Source of the DNA: Lingula anatina
Lineage: Eukaryota > Animalia > Brachiopoda
DNA: 64,000 bases
NCBI GenBank assembly: GCA_051362555.1
Contig: CM120640.1
Location: forward strand, 17,794,001-17,858,000
Direction of reading: 5' to 3'
Positions 36,701 through 59,328 of this stretch are shown here, piece after piece. How positions within the stretch are numbered: the stretch's first letter is position 1; each line of letters opens with the position of its first letter. Position numbers and translations under genes: made by a program. Below the pieces are notes generated by a model. The model did not search any database. It saw only the letters and a program-made list of their open reading frames with translations, and was not told the DNA's origin.

Positions 36701-39700
36701 CAGCCTCTTTTCTGCAATTTATTGTTATTTTATTAATTTTTATTTGCCTGCTTGATGAAAACACTGTTGGATGATTTAAATACCAGTCATGCTGCAGGGC
36801 CTTCAGGAGCAGTATTTATTAATTTATCCAAACAAACCACCCGCATGTTGTATGTGGCAATTGAATCTCAATTATATGTACATAAAAAATAAAAAAAAAA
36901 AAAAAAATCACTTTTGAGATGATGAGTCAACAGACACTGAAAGACCTTGATAGCACTTTTCAGTCAGCAGGCATCATTTTTAATGTCTCATGGACAAGAG
37001 GTGCATGGTTTTTTTTTTTACACCTCTGGGACAAGTCTTGAGGCAATTCTCTGGAGATTAACATTCCTTAATCAGATGTCAGAATTAGTTATTATTTCTG
37101 CCAGTGAAGGGTGTTTTAAAAGAGCACATTTAAGCAGATTTTAGCATCCTTTTCCAGTTCCTGTGCTTCTTGTAGTGCCTTCACAATCAAAAGTAAATAA
37201 AGACAAAGAAAAAAAAAAAAAAGTGAAAAAGACCTTAACATTAATAATTTCTTTATACTGCAATTTGTAAACAAGCTTTCGATAATCTTACAATTGGTCA
37301 GGTGGCTCTGTTTTTCAAAGTTATGTCTCAAGAAATGAGGTATATTTTTCCCTCACAGAAATTATTGTGTCACTCGTACAAATGTGAAGGGATGCAGGAC
37401 AAAACAATGTAACTAAGCAATTAATAATACTACTTGACTTAATGGCATAGGGGCAAGTAATTGGTGGAAAATGATCAATTTAATAAGATATATTAATAGG
37501 TATATTTAATAAGATGTTTGTGATAATACTGAAATTAAAAATGAATATTCTGATGCCCCACTCAAAAAATAAATAAAAAAGAAGTAAAAATGAAATTCAT
37601 TGCCAATCCTTAAATTGAGGAGTGAGCATACCATAACTGAATTCTAATTAATTTATGAGGAAGGCCAGGGTTGATGTTGTCAATGGACATGTCATATTTT
37701 TATACCATATTATGTCATCTACCATATGATATTTTGAATCAAAAATAAGTTGCCGATTTTCCCTGTAAGATACTGAAAGGATACGTAAAAAAATCTGAAT
37801 CCCTAACAATATTCTTTAACTTGAATTTTACATTGCAAAGTCTTTTGAACATATTTGAATTTTAGCTGTTAAAAACATTAGTATAAATTCCATGTATGGT
37901 TCAGTTTTTAAGATCAAAGCTGAAATAATTTTTGTGGAAAAGCACTGACTGATTTATAACTCCATGGAAAGAGGTCAACTAACGGGCTAACCACTGTAAG
38001 TGACAAGATTTTAAATTGGTAATTTAATAATTTTATAGGTATTTTATGCTTTCCTACTGTTAAATTTTGGTCCAAGTAAAAAGGGAGGTTTTGAGGGCTC
38101 TGAACAGAAACACACAGGTTTCTGTTTTTCTGGGCTGAAATGTTGTACTCAAAATGTTTTATTGAAATACAAAAACCCAACTTTCAGGCAACATAGGACA
38201 TGATTTGTTCAATTTTCAACCCTAGTGCAGTCTGTAGGCACTTCAAAAGCCCCTTGATAGATTGATAAAGCAGGTTAATAAGAGGAAAAAAAACAACAAC
38301 AACCAATAAACTTACAACTGTATGCAATCTAGGTCTTGACTTAGAATTAACTTTCTCTGACGTATATCATCTTTGTAAAATGTATGTAAAAATGTTAAAA
38401 GTGGTAAGAATAAATAGTTTCGGTGAAGTTATTTCCCAGGTCATGGATTCCCCCATCCTTCTTTCAACTTAATTTATTTCAAAATTTTAAAACGTAGTAC
38501 TGTTTATGACATTTTGTGGTTTTAAGTCTTCCACTGAAGTCTTTCAAATTGATTTCATGTAACCCGCACTTGTATAGCAAAAACATCACAATGATTTGAC
38601 CTACTTTCCAAACTGCATTTTTTCAATTTCCCAGCTTGTATATCTCCAAAACTTGGAATGATACATACTTAGTTACTATTGAACTTGAATAAGAAAAATA
38701 CAGGAAATTCAAATTATTAATTGTTAAAATCCCCCCATAACCAAGGCTTCAGTTAAGTTTACACAATATTTATGATGGTTACTGTAGTGCTTCCTGTGCG
38801 GAGATTGGCAATAATATTGTAGAATATACAAGGTTTCTTCTCATTGCAAAAAATTAAGACTCATATTCCCACACTTTGCAGTGCTCTTGTTTTTGTCTGC
38901 TGTTTCTTAATTCATCCTTTGAGAAATTTATTTATTTATTTATATATTTTTGTACATGGTTAATTTTACACATATTTAGATTATAACCCTTTACCTGATT
39001 TTTTTTTAATTTCCTTTACATAACAAATACTGCATATTGCTTACAATGGTCTTTTCAAATTTTTTAGCTATATTCCACTTGTCGTGTTTTAAAAAGTGGG
39101 AAAATGGCAGAAATGAAATAAACAACACATTCCATTGCAATTCTGTGCAAAATTGAACAAAATATCAGAACTGCTCATTAAAGATCAGTGGGTACTTTTG
39201 CACTTAAATATAATATAATATAATATAATATAATATAATATAATATAATATAATATAATATAATACAACATAACATAACATAACATTATGATTTCAAGTG
39301 TTGCTACTACTTTGAGATTATCAGTAACGTACATACAGCTTCATTATAAGGTTATTTCACAATTTGTCCAAAATTCAAACAACAGCTAAGTGGATATTCA
39401 TCCCCATAGGATAACTTACAAGCTGATTATAGAAGTGATGTTCATATTGAAATTGTTCCCCAGGGTCATGATTTACCATGGAAACTGTGAACTGGGAAAT
39501 CGCTGAAACTAGTGAACCCAACTTAAAGTGGTTGAATGGATCATAAAACTTGCCTTATTTTGACACCAATTGTTTGCCCTTGTTGCTTTAATTTAAATTT
39601 AATTTAAATTTAAATTTAAAAAAATTAGGAAATAAAAGTACTAACATTGAATGCTGGAATGGATTCATTAAACATTCATTAACCATTGGTAAGTATGAGA

Positions 39701-42700
39701 AAATCATTGTTTACCCCAGGAAAGTCCATTTTTGTCCAAAAATAACAGTTGTTATCCCTTTAATCAACCTTGGGTTTCAGAAAGAAACTGGAAACTCGCT
39801 CTCTACTGTCAGCATCTGTTGTTTCCATAAGCCATAATAGTAGTAGAGAGGTGAGTTTTCAGTGTCTAAAACTGATGCTGCTTTAACTTACCTGGAGGGA
39901 AAAAGGGCTCTTTAAAACAAACAAACAAACAAAAAAAAAAGATGTTACAAATCTATAAACAGAGTTATTTGTTCAAGTACAGCAAGTATAAGCAGGAAAA
40001 ACACTTATTGAGCGTCCAGTGGAAGGAAGCCTAGATTATTCCTTCATCTTCCTCAACAATGAGTGTAATTAGGCCTTTAAATAGCATAATACTGATTTTC
40101 TTGTGATAATTCTCCTGATCACAAAGGAACCCTATATCTGAAACCAAAATATTAGTCTATAAACCTGTTTTTGTGTTCCAGATGTCTCATTTTTGAGTCC
40201 TTCTTTTAATGTAACAAGAGACTGTGCAATTTCAATGGTAATGGTAAAAATGAAAGTATAATGCAGATCAAATATGGGCAACCCATGGGGATTCTATTCA
40301 GTGTCTCTAAAGGAATTATGCAGCAAGCTTTTAAGTGAGTCTGCCATATTTGATTTGCGGGTTTGTTATTCTGCATGTCAACTTGTTCTAAATTCACCCT
40401 ACAACTCAATTTGAGGGTTTATAAGTTGTAACTTTCTTGGCCCTTCTGTCTTTTTTTCTTCCTCCACATAATTTTCTCTTTGATAATGAGGAGGTGTGAC
40501 AAGATCAGGGTTCCTGAGATGATCTTCTGAAATAGCTCTATTGTCACTCTTGACACAAAGTACGAGAATCCAGATAAACTTTGCTTGTACTGGTTTCTAT
40601 GACAAGCCCAGTTTCCTAATGCCACACCTTGAATATAATGAAAATTGGTTAATTAAAGGAAGATCACCCTGAGTTTTAGAGGACACTGGAAACTCATTTT
40701 ATCTGTAAATTCGGTGTACTGGCAATAGCAGGTGCATGCTTACTGTAGAGAAGCAAGTTTCCCCTGCACCCTGAACCTTGAGGGGGGGGGGGGGGGAGTA
40801 GGGTACCAAAAGGTAGGGACAGAGAGTAATGTAAAGATATTTGAACAAGTTTGTTTACCAGCGTAGATGAATGTTTTTGTCAACATTTTAGACTTGGATG
40901 TTAATATAATTCTATTTCATTTCTATGTGTGTGATTGTGGTATTCATTTCTGAATTGAATTTGTTGGATGATGAAGTTGTGAAAGGTGTTAATTAGCTAA
41001 ATCAGTTTGTGACGTTAAGACATGCCCTCATACCAAGTGCCAGTAAAATTGTGTAAATTAGTTCTGTTTCTGGACACCATTTCTGCTTTGAGCAATTAGA
41101 TTCTTAGAACATGGAGGGGGAAACAGTTTTTGGTACAGGCTCCTTATTTCATGTAAATTAGTGTATGTATAGGCTTATGTTATCTTTTTTTTTTTAATTT
41201 CAGATGAAATTTAGAAACTATGAAAAAGTAGAAAAGGTAAGATGATCACTTAATTTTTTTCTTACGCATATAAAACATACATGGGAGCATAACACCAGAA
41301 TTGTTATATGAAACACTTTATAAATATGTTATTTTTATTTAGTTGGTGAATTATTTTCATATAAAAATAGTGCCAGTCAAAAGTATATTCAATTAATTGA
41401 ATGGAGTGTTTTTCTTTTCCTTTCAGTTATTCCAAAGATGTCTTATCAAGATTTTAAACATTGACTTATGGAAAACGTATCTTAATTATATAAAAGAAGC
41501 GAAAGGAAGTCTTCCCTCCTACAGGTATGTATACCTGATTTTAAGGAAAAATCACAACTTTTATGTATTCATAAAAGTAGAAACCTAACCCTGTGTCTAT
41601 GAGGACATCACCCCCAAAACTTGAGTGATTCATAAGGAATGTAATTTTGAAAAAGCAGTAAAGTTTAAAGTTTAATTGTTTTACAGCAAAAATAGCCCCT
41701 CTTAATCAATTGAAGCTTCACACAGAACATGACCTTCTTGTTTTTTATCCTGACTTTAAAAGAGGGTGTGAGTGACCTTTTCCCATTTTCAAATTCCCAC
41801 ATTAGCATATGCTTATGCACATTTTTGAGATTTGAAAATTTGAAGAGAAGCTGGTACACATTGGACTTGAAGCTCAGATTATATATATGTGTTTGTCTTA
41901 GATGAAAACAATTCTAAATATGGCTCAATGCTAATAAAAGTGCTTTGAATTCAGAGAAAAGATGGCACAGGCATACGACTTTGCTCTGGATAAGATTGGC
42001 ATGGACATAATGTCGTACCAGGTCTGGGCAGACTACATCAGTTTCCTCAAATCTGTGTAAGTATTTTAAGGTTACTTTTAATTAATATTAGATTGCAGTG
42101 AAATATTTTTTTATACATTTGAAATTTTTATCCAGTAATAGGACTTTGAATTAAATCCTATATTCAGTTGAATGTTGAATGCCACCTCTGGCTATATTTA
42201 AATGGTAAATATAAGATCTAGAATTTTTTTCTGAAAAAGAAAGACGTCCACAAAGAATAGTTTACAGTGCATTGTTATTTTATCATTTATAAGTTATACT
42301 ATCCTTTCCATAAAATTATACATATTTAGCCCTTTCCTTCTCTATCCCCATCTGAAGTATTTTTAACAGACTTACAGTAAAAACTAATCAGAATTATGTG
42401 TTCAAATCAGGGAAGCAGTAGGATCATATGCAGAAAACCAAAGGATAGCTGCAGTCAGGAAAGTTTACCAAAGAGGGTGTGTTAACCCCATGGTCAATAT
42501 AGAACAACTGTGGAAAGATTATTGTGCTTATGAAAATGTGAGTACCAGACCCCCAAGTTGAGATCTTTGGATGAAAATGAAAACGAGAAAGGAACAGAGA
42601 AAATTGGTTATGGTATAGTGGATATGTTGATAAACATGTAGGCAAGCTATTATATGCTTTTATATGTGTGGCATGTATTGTAGAAGTTAAAAGTAAAGAA

Positions 42701-45700
42701 AAAAATAAATTAAACTTTATTATGGTTCCAGAGTATCAATCCTCTAATAGCCAAGAAGATGACAGAAGACAGAGGGAGAGATTATATGAATGCTCGCAGG
42801 GTTGCAAAAGAGTATGAGCTGGTGACAAAAGGATTGAATAGGAATGCTGTATCAGTGCCACCTCAGAATACCCCAGATGAAGCTAAACAGGTTATTCTTC
42901 CCTCAAAGGGGCTCTTTGAAAAATAATCATTGATGTCACTGCATTCAAATGCAACTAAAGTGTGTGGACACCAAATGTGTGCCAGAGCATTTTTTGTTTT
43001 GGAAAAAGATAACTAATGCTTAAATTCTTCCAATGTCAGTGAATGTTCTTGATAAAAGGGAAGTACTGCATTATTTTAGCCACTCCAGGGGACTAGTTTT
43101 TGTGACTTACATGTAAGTGTATGTGTATTTTCATGAATTTATGAACATTAATGTTGGGAGTTAAGTAATACATACTCCACTGTAGGATTACAATGGAGCA
43201 CACAGAAAAGATAGTTTTGTTGTGGTCCTGTGTTTTAGGTTGAACACTGGAAAAAGTACATACACTGGGAAATGAGCAATCCACTAAGGACTGAAGACCA
43301 GGCTCTGATTGCTAAAAGAGGTAGACCACCTCATCTGAGGTTTAATATGGTATCATATATATTAAAATCATTTGAGCATGGCATCAAACTATTTTCTTTG
43401 AAATGAAGAAACAAAGAGTAAAGTAAATTGAGTAAACTGAAGTCAGTTTAGATCAAAGTGTTTGGTAACTCAAGTGAACCAAATTGAATATACTGAAGAC
43501 AGTTTAGATCAGAGTTTCTTGCCCATAGAACTAGAATTATTGGAAGGGGCCTAACCTGTTTACCTTTTTTTTTAGTGATGTTTGCCTATGAGCAGTGTTT
43601 ACTGTGCCTGGGCTATCACCCTGATGTTTGGTATGAAGCTGCTTCCTACCTGTCTGAAACCAGCAAAATATTGACAGAGAAAGGGGTAAGTAGGTAGGGC
43701 AGCCTTGCCCTCAGACATGCATGTGCTTACATATATGCACACATGTGCCAGAAAATATGCCTGTTCACTTAGAGATGCCCTGAGTTTTTGGTAACTCAAC
43801 TCTGTTATCACCATGCTCATCTTCCATTTTCAGTAACTAGGGTGAATCTCTGAAACTCGGGGTGTTCGTATTACAGGACACTTTTTGCTAAGGTGTGAAA
43901 TATTGATAAAGAATATAGATAAGGAAAGGGGACAAGGCAATCATGTGTCATGTAACTGATTCTCCTCACATGCAGTTGTGAAAGTGAATGAATATTGAAC
44001 GAAAGCGAAATAACACAATTATTCTAGTGCCTTTTCTTGTAAAATAACCTCCATTATGTCAAAAAAATTTTCAAGGAAATGATTAGAGCGCTGGGTCATT
44101 TCAGGATCAGAATGCTGGGAAGCTGTTTGCTGATGAGGCAGCATCGGTGTATGAGAGGGCAATCACATCACTTCTGAAGTCCAATATGCTTCTCCACTTT
44201 TCCTATGCAGATTTTGAAGAGGTAAAGTGATCAGATTGTTCTCAATAGGAAATAGATTTTTAGAAAATAGACTTTCCATGTGAACAGTCCCTTAGTCTGA
44301 GTTCTTATTTATCTGTTTTTGGTAATTGGTTGGTATTGTTGTGATTGTGCGATTTATAAATTGATTATTTTGAAATTCAGGGAAGGATGCGACATGAAAA
44401 GGTTCATAGCATTTACAAGAAACTCATAGTGATTCCAGATATAGACCCAACTTTGGTAGGTTTGAGAGTTGTAATAGAAAAACCTTTCAAAAAGTCAAAT
44501 TAACAAGATGGTGTTTACAAATTTATCAATATATTTAACAAATACTTTAACTTCGCAAGTCAATTTGCACTTTTTTTGTTCAGAAGATAAGTGGCAAACT
44601 TAAAATTTATCCCTTTAAATACATTTATGCCATTTTTAATTGAATGATCACAGAAACCCGACTTATGCCATTCTACAGGTTTATGTCCAGTACATGAGGT
44701 TTGCACGAAGGGCTGAGGGTATCAAGACAGCACGCACAGTATTTAAGATGGCACGAGAAGATTCTAGAACAACATATCACGTGTATGTTGCAGCTGCTTT
44801 AATGGAATATTACTGCAGTAAGGTACAACCATAAAATGAGCCCTAGTGCCAGATGTGAAATTTCAAATGAGAGAATTGTTCTTACAAAAATCAGAATTTT
44901 TTTTCTGGTTGAATATTGCTGTAAAAGGATAAAGTTTGTACTAAAAGAGTTTTTGAGCACAAAAAGAAGAAAGAAATCCGTTCTTTTATTATCAGTGTAA
45001 GGTGTAAAAAAGATGATTGTTTTGATGGTATATTTTATTTATTTCCTTTCAAGATGCTTAAATACTGATCATAGAATTCAATCTTTTCTTTTAAATGCAT
45101 GAAGTGATTTTGAAACCATTTAAAATTTAATGAGCTCAATAAAAAAAAAACAAAATTAACTAGGACTGTCATTTTATATTGTAATGTTGCTTTTATTTTT
45201 GTTCCAGGACAAAAATGTTACATACAAAATATTCGAGTTAGGCTTAAAAAAGTATGGTCATATACCCGAATACTGTTTAGCATACATAGACTATATGTCA
45301 CATTTAAATGGTAAGCATATTGATATCAAATCATAAAGCATTTTAATTTAGTTATTTTGAAATAATTTACCTGTTATTTATGTAATTACATGTCATATGA
45401 GAGGTCTTTGCTAAGATTATTGCTTTTTGGCATTGCTTTGAACACATAATCTTGTCAGTTAATACTACTTCAGTATTAAAAGCTACATAAATTTTGATTA
45501 TTTTTATTTGATCAGTAAAACAAATCGTACTAATATCTTAAAGGTGTTATGGTTTAGCACTCAGAGCATGTCCACTGGTTTCATATTTTCATTTCAGAGG
45601 ATAACAACACAAGGGTGCTGATAGAGAAGGTTTTGTCTGGTCCTCTGTCCCCCGAGAACTCTATGTGAGTATGACACCGTGGAAACCTTACACTCTAATC

Positions 45701-48030
45701 TCACATCAATGTATGAAACACCAAGGTAAAGCCTTTCACTTGATTTAAATCTAATATAACTGAAGTTAATTCTTTAAAGTAAGTTGTTTGCTAGAGTTTA
45801 TTCAGATCACATCCAAACCTCACACAGCCACAACCAATACAGGTACAATTAATGCAACTTGACTAAATTGTTGCAACAAACACATTTATATACTGATATT
45901 ACAAGATAACTGAATGCAGTATTGTAATCTGCACCATGTTGCTCTCCATACAGGGAAGTTTGGTGGAAGTTTCTAGAATTTGAGTCAAATGTTGGAGACT
46001 TGGCAAGTGTTCTCAAGGTTGAGAAAAGGAGAGCAGTAGTATTAGAGAAGGTTAGTTTTAACTCTCTTCATTTTGAAAAGCTTTCTCTCTTTAACTACAA
46101 GTTTCTAAAATGATGATGAATAAATTAATAAAATAGTCTGGTTTAGATGATTAGTTGTTGAAGTGAACAGACTTGAAATTTTACCATTTGGTTAGGTGGT
46201 GAAATATTTTTCAGTGCTGTCAAGCTTTTCTACATATAATATTTTAGTTACCCAGATTTTGCAACCAGTTTCAAATGTCTTGAATGCACCACTAAATAAA
46301 AATTCCGTTTCTTATTCAGCTTAAAGAATTTGAAGGCAAAGAGACAGCTCAACTAATAGACAGATACAAATACATGGACCTTTTCCCCTGTTCTCAAAAT
46401 GAGTTGAGAGCTTTGGGATATCAGGTAGAAAACATTTAAACAGTAGCATTTTTGGTATGATTTTCCTGCTGTTATTTTTCATTAATATATAACGTTACAT
46501 AATCATGCTTTTATTGATATAATTTTAAAATCTATAAAAAATGAAGATGAGTTATATATTATATGTTGTACTGGAATTATGTAGATGTACAATTAATTTC
46601 GTTTATTTAAGTAATAAGGTATGAAAAGGAGATTACATACAATGATCAGTCTGTCCCTTTGATAGAATTTAATAGTATTTTGTTGTGGCATGGCATAACA
46701 TCAGAGTCCACTTATCTTGAGTGTTTTCATTGATCAAAATATAAGTCCACATAATATGTTTGTTGATTACAGAGTCTAGTAAAACAGAGTGTCCTCCATG
46801 TGCCACTGCAGCTGGGAAATGAACCTCAAACATTACTAGCAACTGAGGAAGAAGAGGCAGTAAAAAGACCAGAATATCCAAAACCAGACACATCTCAAAT
46901 GATACCATTTAAACCCAAAGCCATAGTTCGTAAGTATTTCAAATCCCAGAAGCATATTTTGAACAATATGGTTTAATATGTGAGATGCTTGTAAGGTTTA
47001 AAATTAGGTTAGATTATAAACCTTTTTAAAAGCACTAGGGCCTGAACTTGAATGGAATAGTTGGAGTAAGCCACCAAATCCTATTCCTGGTGTGGTATTT
47101 AACTGACAATGTAATAATGATTTATACACTGTTATTTCAGCTACCGGTGCACACCCTGTAGAGGGAGGGGTTTTCCCCCCACCCCCAGCTGCCGCACAGT
47201 TACTCACAATGATCCCACCACCAGATTGTTTCACGGTAAATAATGTCACGCTGGTTCGATATAATAAAATGTTTCCTCATTGTTTTAATCTATTATGGAC
47301 ATTAGTATTTAGTATCAGTGTATAAAGAATTAAAGAAGGATCAAGGTATTCTTGACATTTGAAAAAATAATGATCATGTGAAAAAATGGCTTTGGACAAA
47401 TTATACCCTGAGCTTCTGATCTGATGTGTCCCAGCTTATTCATTTTCAAACCACTATTTAATCACCTTTATTGGTCTATGATATTCAGCAGTGTGTAGTT
47501 TGAGTTTACTGCTCCAAGCACAAATATGGAATCAGGGATGGCCACAGACATACACATCTATTTTGTCTTCACATGCCCATCAATGAAAACGTTAAAATCT
47601 GATGAGTTTTTACTATTGTCATGGTAAAGTGAAAGCAAACACTGCGGACATATTCTTTAAAGCATTTACCTGTGAATATTTTACCAATACACAACAGATC
47701 AGAAGGTAGGGGTAACAAAAAATTACACAGAATACTTTCTTGAAAAGCTTGTTCCATTAACATGTCAGTATTCGTTCCCATTTCCAGGGTCCTTTTGTTC
47801 TCATGGACAAATTCATAGAACACATGAAGGACTTAAAGCTCCCTGATGCCCCGCCCCAGTCACCCATGGTAAATGGAGACATGGACTCAGGCACCGCTCT
47901 GTCAGCTGAAATGGCGTCTGGTAGGAAACGCAAGGCAGCAGGAGGGGATGACAGCGATGACGAGGACAGTAATCTGGTACCACCAGTTCATGATATCTAT
48001 AGAGCTAGACAACAGAAGAAAGTGAAATGA
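27745..48030 (+). CDS. CSTF3: Cleavage stimulation factor 77 kDa subunit (CstF-77 / suppressor of forked), HAT repeats, 20 coding exons, 710 aa
   Basis: Exons 27745-27765, 28816-28917, 29423-29518, 41204-41236, 41427-41524, 41955-42056, 42411-42537, 42732-42890, 43239-43320, 43576-43685, 44105-44221, 44381-44455, 44679-44822, 45208-45310, 45598-45664, 45954-46050, 46320-46424, 46773-46929, 47141-47235 and 47788-48030. Total 2133 nt, phases agree. Motifs [47 protein letters not shown] and [13 protein letters not shown] match CSTF3. Confidence 0.96.
28479..28652. mobile_element. 174-bp MITE with 15-bp subterminal tandem repeats and 8-bp TSD in CSTF3 intron 1
   Basis: TSD GTGAACAT at 28471-28478 and 28653-28660. 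Inverted CGATAGTCCGAAGGTTCA termini and repeated GTCCGAAGGTTCATTG units in both orientations. Superfamily unresolved. Confidence 0.9.
30050..30962. mobile_element. Possible degenerate Kolobok-like non-autonomous element
   Basis: ttaa|AGAAAC...GTCTCT|ttaa boundaries and CpG enrichment relative to the flanks. TIR similarity is weak. Confidence 0.3.
32980..34959. mobile_element. Probable DNA-transposon remnant in CSTF3 intron 3
   Basis: CpG-enriched non-coding block ending in CGTCCCTGCC|ttaa, a Kolobok-like terminus. No matching left terminus found. Confidence 0.3.
39207..39286. repeat. (AATAT)n then (AACAT)n compound pentanucleotide microsatellite
   Basis: Seen directly in the sequence. Confidence 0.95.
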
Positions 48031-48666
48031 ATTGGCCTTGCTCACTGAAAAGAGTGAAATATGTGTTACTGTGCAAAAGTGTTCTGTATGTAGGTGTACA
48101 GCAAGTAATAAATATGTAAAAAGTTCTCTTTTCACTTCATTAATTCCAGATAAAAAAGGTGAAATAGTTTTTCCTCTGGTGTATGTTGACCAAGTTTGCA
48201 GATCAAAGAGAATTAGGAACATCTCATAATTGTGAACTAGGTAGAGAAAACTTTTTTGTAGAACCGGACTGAACAGGTCAGCGAAAGGTTTAGTTCACCT
48301 GACATTTGTGACTCACCTGTGTACTCATCATGTCCTTCATAAGCTTCATTTTTTACCATTCTCAAATGTCATAATGTCAGTCAGATGGTTAAAGTTATCC
48401 ATCTTTTTTTTTAAAATGAGGACCCCTTTGTTTAAGAAAAAGATCCCTTGAAATTAAACCAAGTCAAAAAACATAATTTTAGTTAACCAAACAGTTTTTG
48501 TGGATTGAACTCACCAGGCAGCAGCACTGTAGAACTGTAAGATATGTATATTATTTTTGAGGTTCCCTTTCCTATGATTTAAAGGAAGTGATTGTAGACT
48601 TAATTGTCTTAGCAGCATAGCACTGGAGTAAGTATTGGTTAGTTGACTGTTCTTCTTTATATTCCA

Positions 48667-48672
48667 AATAAA
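48667..48672 (+). promoter_or_regulatory. Candidate CSTF3 terminal polyadenylation signal
   Basis: AATAAA followed by the T/GT-rich tttttgttcctggtattttt. Confidence 0.5.
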
Positions 48673-50042
48673 ACTGTAGATATTTTTGTTCCTGGTATTT
48701 TTATCACACTCAATCTAGATTGAGTGAATTTAATAATAGGGGGAAACTCTTACCATTTCTTCATTGTATACACGCAGTCATAAATTCTTACGTTCAAACT
48801 TTGCCATTGTGGATACCAAAAGGTTAATCTTTCTGTCTCCAAATTTGTGTGAGATCCTGTCAATTTTAACCAAGTTCCCTTAACACATTTTCCATTGAGA
48901 GTGTCTAGGTGTGTTGCACAGACTTTGGAGAGCCCCATAAATCATTGCTAGCTGTAGGTTACTCATAAGGAGGGAAGACAATTAAGAGTAGGATAAGTGA
49001 GACAACTCACTTCTACTAAAGTCCGAGAAAATCTCCCTGGTCCAAAATTGTTCCACTGGTTGTGGTAGAGACTGATGTAATTACATTATCAACAGAGGTC
49101 AGTAGTTTTTGATCACCTTTTTTTTTTTACATTTCTTTACAAATGACTAAATGAAAACCAATTTCAAGGAGCCATCAAGATTTTTATGAAAAGATTGAAA
49201 CTGCAAAAATAAATGGAAAACTTGGGTTTTTATGTAATAAAATGATGTCACTAAACAGTGTTTTGCGTTATTTAAGCTACAGTGAAATAAATTGAAATCA
49301 AAGATGTCCTAAAAAAAAAAAAAAAAACGAAAGAGATGAAAGTTTAAAGAAAAAAAAACATTTCTACTTTTAATAAGTTTTTATTCCATGGCAAGGTTCC
49401 ATAACAGTTAAGCTTTAACAACAATAATCTCTTCAAAGTTGACATTCTGGGACTTGGTGCCACTGAGAATCAGTGGCCACAGATAATTACGCCAGAATTT
49501 TTTTTTATGTATGTCCTTCCAGACAAAAATTTCTGTCAAATATTGCACAAGTATTTTGCAAATTCCTCCTCTTCAGCAATCTGACAATCTTTCCATTTTT
49601 TTAAAGTAAAGAAAAGAAAATTCAATATTTTTCCTTCATAGCACCAAGATTTTGTTTCTGCAAGATTCTTTATATTGCACATAGATTAGATTAGCAACGT
49701 ATTAATTACACTTTGGTGTACAATATTAAATTTATTGCACTTCAGTGGCCAGTTAATTGCACCTATGCTTAAAAAGAATGAGTGACCTAAAGATTAAATT
49801 AAAACTGTGACATCATTCATATGAATTAAAAGATTTTAAAAAATATGACAACTAAGAGAAAAGCTTTGACAATATTCAAATCCAATCCTGTGCTACAAAC
49901 TGTTTTTTAAGTTCAAGATTGCTCTTGTTCTTTAGTTTTGATGTGCTTCAAGTTGATGGTTTTCCTTTAGATCTTTGTTTTCATAACAGAAAAGTGACTG
50001 TCTATACTTGAAATGAATTCCTGCACAACAACAATCTCTGGC

Positions 50043-58300
<8,258 letters not shown>

Positions 58301-59059
58301 AGTTGTCTCGTGTTTGTCTGGTGTCTGGGTCTTAGAAAGGCTGGGCTCAACTGTTGCTGCTGATGTTCTCGCTGCTACTGCTGCTATGAATCATCTGCTT
58401 AATATGTATAGTGTGCAGCGCTTGCGCTAACACCCAAATATACCATATCACGTGGTTATCAATCTGACAGATGAGTTCGACGGGGGAGGGACTAACAGAA
58501 AACTTGCACTACGATGTTTTTCTCTGAAACTTTGAAAAAGTCGTAGTTGTGCTTACGGAAACTAGAATAACTGTGTGCCTATGTTCCTCGTAATTAAAAA
58601 AAGAATAATTTGTGCACCATAGTCCAACCACATTATTTATTAATTAAAATAATCTCTTCGGTTTTAAACTTTTTAAAACTGGAGTAATGCAATCATTTTT
58701 GTCTTTCACCTTCATCAGATGTATCTCAGAATCACATTAAACAACTTAGTAAAAGCGCACCTGTCAACCGAAATTCAAAAATCCCGATCAAAATAAGTAT
58801 TTTAAAATCACTATGTATACTCCATGCATGACCTTGTTGAATAAGAAAACGTTTTATTTCATCAACGGGCTGAGCGCGAGTGCATTGCTACACGTACAAA
58901 AATAATTCTTATTCGGGCTACGTGAACATTATGCATTTTTTTTCATTTAATTTATCTTTGCATGCACTTAATGCAGCGGGAAATAAGTTTCGTTCTCGTT
59001 TTCTCGTGTCAACTTCACACACAAGCCACTTTTCTTGAACAAAATGAATACTGGTTGTG

Positions 59060-59328
59060 GATTGCCCGAGGGGTTCTTTCACTTTTTTCTTCATATGGCC
59101 ACGAACTCCCGATTCCAAAAAATCGTAGTGAATTTTCTGACAATATTCGTGCGATTCCAGCCGAATCCCACGTATATTCGTAACACTATCGCACCTGTAT
59201 CGTAACTGAAACGTAGAACGTGTCGAATTAGCAAGAAAATTTGCAAAATCTCACGAATTCTCACGAATCCTGAAATCTGTCAATTCCTGGCGATTCTTGG
59301 GATTCGTGGTCTGTGTGAAATAGGGGCA
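59060..59328. mobile_element. Harbinger-like terminal fragment
   Basis: Repeated CACGAA/GATTC motifs ending in TGTGTGAAATAGGGGC. The other terminus was not seen. Confidence 0.3.

Noticed and set aside
40782-40797. Long G homopolymers (also 59826-59844 and 63677-63699)
   Set aside because: Simple low-complexity runs with unreliable lengths and no supporting functional context.
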